From Cenococcum geophilum (Eukaryota): a stretch of DNA of 64,000 nucleotides. The notes beneath the pieces were generated by a model. That model did no database searches, had not been told where the DNA came from, and saw only the letters and a program-made list of their open reading frames with translations. The stretch covers positions 11,346,001-11,410,000 of the forward strand of contig CP158635.1 in the NCBI GenBank assembly GCA_050273025.1. Direction: 5' to 3'. Positions 38,845 to 49,846 of this stretch are shown here, one piece after another; position 1 is the first letter of the stretch, and every line of letters begins with the position of its first letter. The translations under genes and the position numbers were made by a program.

Positions 38845-39300
38845 TCTACCGCAACTTGCTTCCGGATAAGAGCCTCCTATATTAAAATGTCGTCTTTATA
38901 TACAAATTCGAATATAAATCATATATAATCATATACGTAGTACTTTTTTTACTTAAAATATATAAAACTCTATTTCTTACTAGCCTCTCTATTACTAAGT
39001 CTTAATAGGTATCGCCTACTTAAATTGCAATCCTATTAAGCCAAAAGGACAGTGTAATAAGGGCGTAATAGGCGAATGCTATACTTAATTATCCGATAAG
39101 CTTCTTAGCTATACCCTACCTAGCCATAATATAAGGCGACGCAGATCTACCAAACACGGTAAAAGGAAGCCTTAGGCTTATAGTAAAGAAATAGAGTTAA
39201 CAAAGTATACGCATACAATATATTCGATTTATATTCAAATTTGTATATAAAGACAATATTTAATATAGGAGGCTCTTATATAAAAGCGAGTTGCAGTAGA
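38845..39300. mobile_element. MITE with ~100-bp terminal inverted repeats
   Basis: tctaccgcaacttgct..ataagagcctcctatattaa..tctttatatacaaatt is the inverse complement of 39200-39300; flanked by TA (38843-44, 39301-02). Confidence 0.75.
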
Positions 39301-39709
39301 TAAGAAAACTACAATATCACTACTATACCTTATTTTAATGTCCCTTAAATTTCTCAGGCAATATAATCCTAGAAATTTTAAGATTTAGGTAAAGTTTTCT
39401 ATTTTATTAGATACCTCTTAGGGACAGCTATAGTTATTAGCGAAACCGGCCTCTGCCTTAGGGCGCTATTAAAAGTTTTCCTTTACTCTTAACTAAGATC
39501 CGCTAAACTAATACCACGCTATAAAGAAATTCTAGTCTTGAATAATTTATGCAAGGTATTTTATTTTAATAATACAGTTAGTTAAACGGCCGCTTAACCC
39601 GCCTTCTTTAGTAGAGTTACTTACAAAGAGGTGCTTTAGTGGGTTATTTATAGCCAATAACCGCTAACTATTAGCAAACTGCATCTATCCCAGACACACT
39701 TTACCTATA

Positions 39710-39962
39710 ACTATCCACTTTCTCTTCCGATTTGAAGATATCTCTTATAGTGGCTTAGCTCTAACTAAGCCCCTATTAATGCTAATAATAGCAGAGCGCT
39801 TAAAGTCTACTAGTATCGGCCGTCGCTGCTTAGCGTTCTAGAGAATCTTAGGGCCCCGCACGTCATTATATAAGACTTCTTAAACGCGGATATTATACAC
39901 TAGCTGTCTAACCTCTGCACTAAGGTAAGGTAAGCGCGCTAAGTCGGTAATTTCTCCGCCTT
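39710..39962 (-). pseudogene. C-terminal remnant of Spok-like (kinase-like domain) gene
   Basis: *GGEITDLARLPYLSAEVRQLVYNIRV*EVLYNDVRGPKIL*NAKQRRPILVDFKRSA...L*EISSNRKRK; resembles WGGE..GV.H.D.R..N.LW..L.DFER of Spok homologues. Confidence 0.6.
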
Positions 39963-40110
39963 AGAAAGAAGCTACTGCCAAAGCTACTATCTAAAAGAAT
40001 TCCAATGTATAGGGCAATATAGATCAGGAAGCTGGTAAAGAAGGGGGTAGCGCCGCTTGACGTTATATACAATCCTCTAGTCACATAACGGCAATTGTCT
40101 AAAATAGACA

Positions 40111-40434
40111 TGTCTATATGGCTAAGCGAGCACTACAGCAGCACCCCTGCATTTTAGTAACACTAACATCATTAACATTTATAAAATTAAGCCTTGCTTG
40201 CTTGCTTTCCCTCCTACCCACACCTTTTTCTTTAGTTATATATTTTGGGCTTTATAAATAGATACTGCAGTAATATGCTTACGCATAGGTCTATAGGCAT
40301 TACGTTTAGTTAAAGTAGGGCAATCCCCTATAAATGGCCTTGCGAATATACCTATTCTTAATTAATGCCTTTAAGCCCGTACCCACCAATTAGATTAATT
40401 AATCCTCTTCTTCGCAAGCGTATAAATAATAGAC
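40111..40434 (+). mobile_element. Solo A-B split-direct-repeat footprint of the Ngaro-type element
   Basis: Inverse complement of 58451-58775 over ~320 bp; no TSD. Confidence 0.85.
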
Positions 40435-40859
40435 TGTGTAAAACTGTCTGCGACTATCCGCCATAATCCACCAATATCTACTAATATCTATTAGCCATAA
40501 TCTACCAGTTTCTACCAGCGCCGTAACAACCTTAATAGTACTGATCTCGTTATAAGTGCGTGTTGATTATACCGATTAAATTGCGCGGAATTATACCCTT
40601 TCTCTATAGGATTATATCTAAAATAGGTAGAAATACGTTAGAAATACGTTAAAATGGTTATACTTAAAAAGGCATAAAATTATGCTATTTAATCGCCAAG
40701 ATCAATTAGTAAAGAGGCGGTATATATACAGTAGCGCGGCCGGTAGCAAGGATCAATTTAAACCACTAAGATTATTCTATTTTTTTACTAATTCCTAAAT
40801 AGGGCGAATATAACCTCCTATAATACCATAAGAAAAAGAAAAAAACTAAGAGTAACAGA

Positions 40860-42481
40860 CTATAGAGTATAAGATAGTAGAGAAGCGCTATACACCATAA
40901 ATATATGGTTTTTAAAATGCTTATACCTAAAGAGCATTATTCCCAATAAGTAACAATATGGGTCTAGACATAGGATTAATTCATCCTGTCTAAAAAAAGA
41001 AAGATATTACTTCTTAACATGTTCCCTTACTTTACGCAGACGACAGAAAAGGGTATATACTCCCGGCTTATAGGCATAGAAGAGATACTATTAATTTATA
41101 ATCTTTATAGGGCCCAGTTTAGGTTTAACCATTAGCTCTAGACTTAGCTCTAAAGTAGGAAGAATACCCTAATCACAATCACAGATAACCTTGCGCTTAA
41201 CTATAGGTTTTAGTACCCAGCATAGATTAAGCAAGGCTTTAATTACGTTAATTTAATATTAGAAAATTTCTTATATTATAAAATTAGCTAGACGTTTATA
41301 CAAGAGCTAAATAACGCGTTTTCATTTAGGATTATACTCCACTAGTTCTAGTTTCCACTCTTCCTTGCGTAAACCAATAGCCAATAGCGCAAGCTGTCGC
41401 CTTAAATCTTTAGTCTTAATTTTATTAAAAAAGTCAAGCTATATTTCCTTCCGTTTCCCCCTTTTTAAGGCCTTCTTTTATTTTTCTAATTCTAATGCAG
41501 CTTATATATACAATTTATACTCTTTACTCCCAAGTACCTATGCATTTTTAAGAGTACCGTATAGTTCCCTAGTTTCTTTAAATAAGGCATCGCGCTGCTA
41601 ACAGAGCTCTATAATAAGTAGATAAGTCTTAAGAGAATTATTTATTATATCTGTAACCGCTTTAGGAGCCTATAGGTTAATGTCCCGACTAATATACGTT
41701 AGGGACTTTATAAGTGCGTTAGTAGAAGGACAGCTAAGGAAAGCAGCCTAAACGTTATATAAAATCCACTTATTTATATAAGCCTAATAGACACTAGCAT
41801 CTTTATAACCTATAACCTATTGCAATTAAGCTTAGGTTACTATAACATTAACCACTTCACTTATTCCTCGCCAAATATTATAGGGATTAAAGATTTGCAT
41901 TATTCTAGCTATAAAGCCTAGCCGCTAAATATAATAAAGGAAAGTATAATAGGGTATAGGCTTATCTAAAGTTCCGATCCCGTCTACTATTATAATTACT
42001 TACCAAAATATTAGTTTATTTTCCTAGCTTTTCTTCCATCTTAAACGCGAGGTTATTTAATACGGGTTAACTCAAACCATAAAAACCTACTTAATAGTCT
42101 AGAATTTAAGTTTAAAGGCATTATTAAAAATTCCTAGGACAATTATATAAATTATTAAATCGAATATTAGGTCGTTAACCTTATAAAAATAAAATATCTT
42201 GCTATATCTAATTTAGTATTTATTAAAGAAAAACTTATTATATATGCCTTACCGTTTAGAATTCCGTCTATACCCTTTAGTAAATTATAAATTAATCTCC
42301 ATAGTAATAAGGTCCTATTTAGCCCCCGGCTTTTAAATAAGGATAAGTGTAATATATTTATAATACAAAGTATTAATAGGTTCGTCCTTTTCCTTAGATC
42401 CTTCACTAATTCCATTATATTAGTTATCCATTTCACTATCATCTTTGTCTTCACTATTGTCATCCCCATCTCTATTATTAA
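40860..42481 (-). pseudogene. Starship captain tyrosine recombinase (DUF3435), C-terminal part
   Basis: NIWRGISEVVN...VIGYKDASVY*AYINK..V*AAFLSCPS.NALIKSLTYISRDINL*AP (de-RIP IRRG..MGH.DA..Y..DVQAAFLG.PS..HMSR..DPRAP). C-terminal zinc-finger-like REHV..C.DP.C..HFKNH. Confidence 0.92.
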
Positions 42482-45400
42482 TGTTACGGCACTGGCAGAA
42501 CCTAGTAGAACTTAGTAGAACTTAGTAGAACTTCGCGGTCACGTGACTAGAAGACCGCATAAAAAGAACCCTACTTTGACCAGCGCTGCTCTTCTTCTCC
42601 TTTCCTTTCTTTAGCTTTAGATCCTCGTTTATAGACTACCAATTATATAGGCTTACGCGCCCCTCTTGCTGTGCTTATACCTTAATTGACTAAGTCGCTA
42701 ACATTATCTAAAGCTTAACTACCCTTTTTTCCTAAGAAGGAACTTAAATATATTTACGGACTATAAACTAGAATAGAATATAGAATTAGACCTAAAGAAT
42801 ATTACCAGAACTAGAAGAATAGAAAAGAATAATAAGACCTATAAAATACGCATAGACTAGAACCCCTGTAGAATCCTACTAGAGGTTACCCTAATAACTA
42901 TACCACGATGCCAAGAAATATAGTAGCCGGCAAAGCAGCCGTAGGACCCTTAAATACCTCCGACGGTAAAATAGCAACTAACTTAAACTCCTAAGTGGAG
43001 CTTATAGCAGCTAATGCCGAAATTAAATGATTTTAAGAGCTGCTTAAAGCTAGAGAACCCCCTACGCCTAGTAAGGAATTATTAGACACCTAGAGACTTA
43101 CTATAGTCCTTAAGGCTCTAGCCTAATGTATAGCATTAGTATTATTGCGGTCCGTAAAGGTCGCGGACCCCCCATTGCTTATAAACGGAACCGACCCTAT
43201 ATTTAATAATTGGAAGCTTTAATTACAGAATAAGCTTAAAGTTAATGCGGACCACTTCCCTACTACTTAGGCTAAAATGGCCTACGTCTTCGGCCGTACC
43301 GGTGGGGATGTATAGACGCACCTACGTCCACGGTACGTATAGGACTTGACAGAGCCCTTCCTCTCTAAAGAAGAGATAATTATCTACCTATCTTCTATTT
43401 ATAAGGACCCCTTTAAAGTATAGAACGCCCGACTTGATTATAAAAGCCTAAATATAAAAATAATAGAGACTTTTTTGGCCTTTTAGACCCGCTTTCTACA
43501 CCTAGCCGGCTAGGCTTAAATTCCCTAGGAAGATCTAATACCAGACCTATTTAATAAGCTTACCCTAGACCTATAGCGAGCCGTACTGCTAGTTTTTACT
43601 ATTATATAGACGCTAAAGGAACTTACGGACTAGTGCTTGGCTATTAACTAAGGCCTCCGCTAAATTAAGGCACGTGCCAAATGGTATAAAGCTAAAAACC
43701 CTTTAAATTAGACTATAAGCAATATAAGAACGGCCCGTAATGCCCCAGCACAATTGGCAACCCCTATAGCACTATCTATATAGCCTACCGCCAATTTAGC
43801 AGCTAGCCGTGCGGCTAGCCCTACTATAGGTCCGGCGAATACTTAGCCTATATATAGCAACCCCCGTATATAGGCCCTTAGTAATTAAGGAGCTTACTTC
43901 TCTTATAGACAGAAAGGTTACTATATAAAGGATTGCTTGATAAACGCGAAAGCGGACGAGGTTCTATTAATCTAGGAGGATAGCGCGGAGTTGGAAAAAG
44001 AGGAACTCTAGAGGAAGACTCCTCTCTAGGGTTAAAAGGGATTAATATGTTAGATGTTAATCTGGGTTGGCTAGTTAGTAGAAGAAGCTATACTATCCCT
44101 TATACTTTATTCCGCAATAGATACTAAGTTTTAACCTCTGCTTTAGCTAACTCTAAAGTAAATGCCTTCGCCTTAATAGATACCTAGTATGCCATAAAGC
44201 TGGCTGACTTTTTAAATGCACCTATTAAAGAACTGCCCAAACTAATTCCTATCTGTGGGTATAATGGGCGGATAGGACTACCTATTGCGACTATCTTGCG
44301 GATTTACCTCTGTGTTAACGGACGAAGGTAGTATAACGCCCCCTTTCTTATTACGGACCTAGGTAGCTATAATATAATCTTAAGGTGAAAATAGCTAGCC
44401 TATTTAGGCTTATAGCTTAACGTATAGAGTAAACGGCTTACCTAGCCTGAAACCCTACCCTTGACCCCTTCCTTTATAAAAGAAATCAGCATTATAATAG
44501 AAAACCTTATACGGCCCTAGATTAATACTATTTACTAGGCTGATGCTATATATAGGGACCAGGCCTTTAAGAAAGATATATAGCTTAATTCGCAATGGAT
44601 CTGTATACTATATCGCCCCTAGACTACCTATATTACGCCACCCGTATTAAAGACTTAGGAAGTTAATAGTGACCTAGAAAAGCCCCCTATAGAGAGCTTA
44701 GGCCCTATATAGCTATAAAGAATAGCAAGGGATGTTAAATATTATACTAAACTAATAGATCGGAGGGATAATCTATGGAAGATAGAATAGGAGCTAAGAA
44801 AGATTATAAACCCTAAACTGTAAAATATGGTCTGGAAAATGGCTATAAGGAAACTAGCGGACCTCCTACTAGTTAATGTTTGCTGTATTAGTGCCGTAGG
44901 ATTCTACCAGAACTTGGTTTAGCCTAATACCGTCGCCTTTATAATAAGCTTATATGAAATTAATTAAATAATTAAGGAAAAGGGAAATAAGCTTAGCGGA
45001 TAAGAAAGCGAGCTTATAGATAAGGAACTAGTAGAATAAAAGCTGCCTTATTAACACCAGAAATTTAAGGACGTATTCTCTAAAGCAGTGTCTGATATAC
45101 TTTTACCTCACCAACCGTATAACTACAAGATTGAGATTAAGTAGGGCAAAGAAAACACCCTTAGCTTTAGCCCCCTCTACGAGTAGTTTATTACCGAATT
45201 ATAGGCTATAAAGTAGTATCTTATTAATAACCTAAATAAGGGCTTTATTAAGCCTAGCTAAGCCCCTTTTATCTCGCCTATTTTCTTTATTAAAAAGCTA
45301 AATAGAGGACTCCGCTTCTGTATTAACTACTATAAGCTAAATAATATAACCCGTAAGGATCGCTATCCGCTACCCCTACTTAATAAGACTCTAGCTTAAA

Positions 45401-48374
45401 TAAGTAGAGCTAAGGTCTTTATAAAGCTTAATATCCGCTAGGCCTTCTACCGAATTAGGATAGACTCTAGGTCTAAAGATCTTACTATATTTCGGACCTA
45501 TTACGGAACGTATAAATATAAAGTACTCCCTTTTAGACTAACTAATAGACTAGCTACGTACCAGCGGTATATAAATGATGTACTCTTTAACTACCTTAAC
45601 AATTTCTATATAGCCTATTTGGATAATATTATAATTTACTTTAAGAATGAGCTAGAATACAAGGAGTATATTTATAAAGTCCTATAACGGCTCCGCGAGG
45701 CTGGCCTCTAGGTTAATATTAAGAAGTTAAAGTTTAGTGTTAAGCGTATAAAGTACTTAGGTTTTATTATTAGTATGGATGGAATTAAAACCGACCCAGA
45801 GAAAACGGCCGTAATTAACCAGTAGACACCCCCACAGACTATAAAGGGGGTACAATCCTTTTTAGGGTTTTGTAACTTCTACTAACGCTTTATTAAGAAC
45901 TATAGTAGGATTGCCCGGCCTCTTAACCGTCTTACTAGAAAAGACCAGCCCTTCTACTTTAACGCTATATGTAGGCAGGCCTTTAATAAGCTTAAGAAAC
46001 GGCTGGTATCGGCTCCCCTACTTACCTATTTTAACCCAAAACGGCCCTTAATGCTAAAAACTGATGCCTTAAATAGCGCGATAGCTAGTGTTTTTTCCTA
46101 GAAGCAACCGGACGGAGAGTGGTACCCTATTATATACTATTTAAAGACTATAATAGATACTAAGCTAAATTACCACATCTATAGTAAAGAAATGCTAGCT
46201 ATTATCTCTAGCTTTTAGCACTGGCGTATATAGCTAGAGGGGACCCCTAAGCCGATTAAGGTAGTTTTAGATTATAAGGCCCTAGAATACTTTATAATAA
46301 CTAAGGCCCTTATAGCCTAGTAGGCACGCTAGGCGGATACCCTATCTTAGTTTAACTTTTTGATTATATATAGACCAGGCGCTATAAACCGTGCGGATGC
46401 TTTTATAAGGCGCGAGTAAGACCTAGATAACTAAACGGCTATAAAGATCTCACTATGGACCTAGACGCTACTATAACCAGAATACCTTAACCCCTAGATA
46501 TAGGCAGAACTAAGCATAGACTCCTTAGGCGCCAAGATATATCCTATTAACTCCTTTAAACTTAACCTTATTAATAAACTACTATAGGCTAACTAAATAA
46601 CCCCCTCTCTATAGGAATACCGTAAAAAGGCAAAGAACGTTGCTAGCCTATAGTCCCTTGAAAACGGACTACTTAAGCACTAGGAACGGCTAGTAGTAGC
46701 TAAAAAATAGAACTTATGGACTTAGCTTATTGCCGAAGCTTATACCTAGGTCTCTACGGCCCACCCTAGAAAAAATAAAACCCGTAAGATTATTGGTGAC
46801 CGCTACTACTGGCTCAAAATAATTATAGATATTAACCGTTATATATAGAACTATAACAGCTGCCGTAGATCTACAATTCTATGAGATAAGACCCTAGAAC
46901 TATTAAAACCTCTCCTGATACCTGATTGCCCCTAGTAGCATATCTCTATAGACTTCTATAAGCTACTAACAGACTGCGATGGATATAATATGGTTATAAT
47001 TCTAGTTAACCGCTTTAGTAAGCGCCCGTTCTTAATTCCCTGTTATAAGAATATTAATGCTAAGGAGGCGGCCCGACTGTATATCTATTACATTTACCGC
47101 ATTTATGGACTACTAGATACTATTATATCTAATTACGGCCTATAATTTATATCGGCCTTTTAGAACGAGTTTACCTAAATCCTAGGTATTAGGCTAAAGC
47201 TCTCTATAGTATACTACCCCCAGACAGACAGCTAGACGGAGATTATAAATTAATATTTAGATTAGAGACTCCGGCCTTTTATTAACTACTTCTAGGATAA
47301 CTAGGGCGAACTACTACCCCTAATAGACTACGCCCAGGCGACCCTACCCTATAACTCTACAGGATTTGCACCTATCTAACTAGAAATAGGGTATTTACCC
47401 TAAATAAGCTTTGACTAGGATAGACTAGAAGGACTATAGACCGTACGCGAGAAACTATCTTATAAGGAAGCCTAGCAGTACGCTAAGCGCTTAGAGGAAG
47501 CCTAGATAGTAGCCCGTATAAATCTAGAAAAGGCCTAGAAATTAATAGAATAGTAGGTAAATAAGTATAGGCGCGAACCCGACTTTACTATAGGCGATAT
47601 GGTCTAGGTTATAATAAAGAACTAGAAGACGGAACGGCCTAGCTATAAGCTAGACTATTAGATAGCGGGACTGTATAAGGTCCTTAAGAAGATAGGTAAC
47701 TCATATAAAGTAAAGCTCCCGGATTTAATTAAGGTTTACCCTATTTTCTTACTAGATAAGCTACGGAAAGCTATAAACAACCTATTGCCTGGATAAAAGA
47801 ACGAACCTCCCCTACTGATTTAAGTTAATAGCGACAACGAATGGGAAATTAAAGAAGTACTAGCCTGTAAACTAGTAAGGAAAACGCTAAAGTACCGCGT
47901 TAGTTGGAAAGGCTATAACCTAGATCCTACCTAGTACCCTATATAGAACTTTATTAGCAGTCCCTATAAGCTTTAAGAATTCTATAACCGCTACCCTAAT
48001 AAACTAGGACCCCTAAAGTACCTAGATAAGTGGATAGAGTGCTAGTATAGTAAAGACGATAAGCTACCGGAAGAATATAAAGATAAAAACGCCCTATAAG
48101 CATAATACGGACTATAAAGCCTAAGGGCAGGCTTTTGCGGAGGGGGGGGTAATGTTACGGCACTAGCAGAACCTGGCAGAACTTGGCAGAACTTGGCAGA
48201 ACTTCGCGGTCACGTGACTAGAAGACCGTATAAAAAGAACCCTACTTCGACTAGCGCTGCTCTTCTTCTCCTTTCCTTTCTCTAGCTTTAGATCCTCGTT
48301 TATAGACTACCAATCGTATAGGCTTACGCGCCCCTCTTGCCGTACTCGTGCCTCGATTGACTGAGTCGCTAACA
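42482..48374 (+). mobile_element. Full-length RIP-inactivated Ty3/Gypsy chromovirus inserted in the captain
   Basis: 222-bp TG..CA LTRs 42482-42703 and 48153-48374; TSD ATTAA (42477-81, 48375-79); PPT 48139-48149. Domains: gag, protease, RT (RFCINY, KDRYPLP, AYLDNI), RNase H, integrase, chromodomain (~47840-48000). Confidence 0.96.
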
Positions 48375-49280
48375 ATTAATTTCGTTATTACTTATACCAT
48401 CTCCTACTCCCCTATCCTTATCATAGGTCTTAAAAGCGCATTAGGTTACCACTTTCGTATTTCTCTTTATATAGACTAATATACTTGGCTAAGATACTGT
48501 ATATATATAGATAAGTATTAAAAATACAAGTTATAGACTCTGTCGCCCATCTAAAAATATAGAGGTATCGCGAGCCTAGTAATAATATAAAACCCGAAAA
48601 ATATCATTAACATTTATTACTAGCTTCTCCTTAGTAGATATATTAAGCCCATTATTCTTAGTCAATAGTCCGTTAATATACTATAATAGTTAGCGGGATT
48701 TTATAAATATTTAAAGTAATTTCTATACGTCATTAATTTCTTCATTAATGTCTTTAGGCTAATCCTTCTCAGCATATTTTTAATAGAGCTATTGCTAGTA
48801 TTTATATTTCTAACAAATACTAGTCCTTTTCCGTAATAGATAATTATCTACAATCCACTAAAGAAAAATTTTAACGTTATGGTTTAAGGCATTCTTAAAA
48901 AGCTAAGTAGGGTTTTTCTTTATATTCTTATAGAACCTAAATAATAAGCCATAGAATTGGATTTTAGATAAGAGCACTCTTACCTTAACTATTGCGTTAA
49001 AATTTCGTTTATATTATTCTTCGTTACTAGTAAATAATTTTTCTTTACTAAACCTATCTTCTTAAATTCTTTACGGAGTTTTTTATAATACTTAGTCAAA
49101 TATTTTAGTTGCGCTAGTGGCTTGCGTCGTTAAATAGGCGGATGTTTAGGTATCCATCTAGGTTTCTACCCAAGTTTGTGCCTATACTTACGCCTAGGTT
49201 TATGCCTTAGGCTTTTCTTTAGCTTGTTATATAGGAGGGATATATATTAATTTGGTTCCTAAAATAAAGGGTATTACTAT
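48375..49280 (-). pseudogene. Starship captain tyrosine recombinase (DUF3435), N-terminal part with introns
   Basis: YINGLLTK..GLNISTKEKLVINVNDIFRVLYYY*ARDTSIFLDGRQSL*LVFL...YTVS*PSILV (de-RIP KPV..VDD...LHHHW..DT..FPDGRQ..QLA...YTASRPGALV). Confidence 0.92.
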
Positions 49281-49846
49281 AGTAATAGGGCGGGCGCGGA
49301 GTCCAACTTATAAATTAAGGCGAGGTAGAGTAATAGAGTAAGTCAGGTAATAGCATAGAATTGTTAATACGATTAGCAAAATAGCGGAGAATATTAAGTA
49401 GGTATAGGAAAAGAACTAAAGTAAAACATATCTATTGGAAGAGAAAGAAGAGTGAACCAATATAGTTGGTTAATAGAAGTAATACCGCGTAGAAGGCTGC
49501 AGCGGGCGTATTAAGCTTTATAAATATTTAGGAAACGTTAAAAGCCAGGGAAGTCTATCATAACCGGCTATAAGTCAGTAGGATAATAGATGACACACTT
49601 TTAGAATACAGGGCCGTCCCAATGATGGGTGATTAAATATGGAAGTACGCAGTTAGAAGTTTTAATGGGGGAGAGACACTTCGCTTAGGTCTTAGCGCCT
49701 AGGACAAGCGCTGCTTAAAACAGCGAGCAAACTATCTGAAAATGGACGTTAGTGTCCCTGGACATAGAGTTATACCAGTAATCATTTGCGAGTTTACGGT
49801 AGATATTGACATCATTAGAAATGTTAAGATTCACATGCCTAACGAA

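Larger units (their letters stand above)
7200..49777 (-). mobile_element. RIP-degraded Starship giant transposon (left end not determined; may extend beyond window)
   Basis: DUF3435 captain is the first gene next to the RIP/GC boundary. Starship accessory genes DUF3723 and patatin lie distally. The RIP signature is continuous across all cargo. Confidence 0.8.

Noticed and set aside
42167..42469. 100-aa ORF as an independent gene
   Set aside because: It lies within the degraded captain gene next to the Gypsy insertion.
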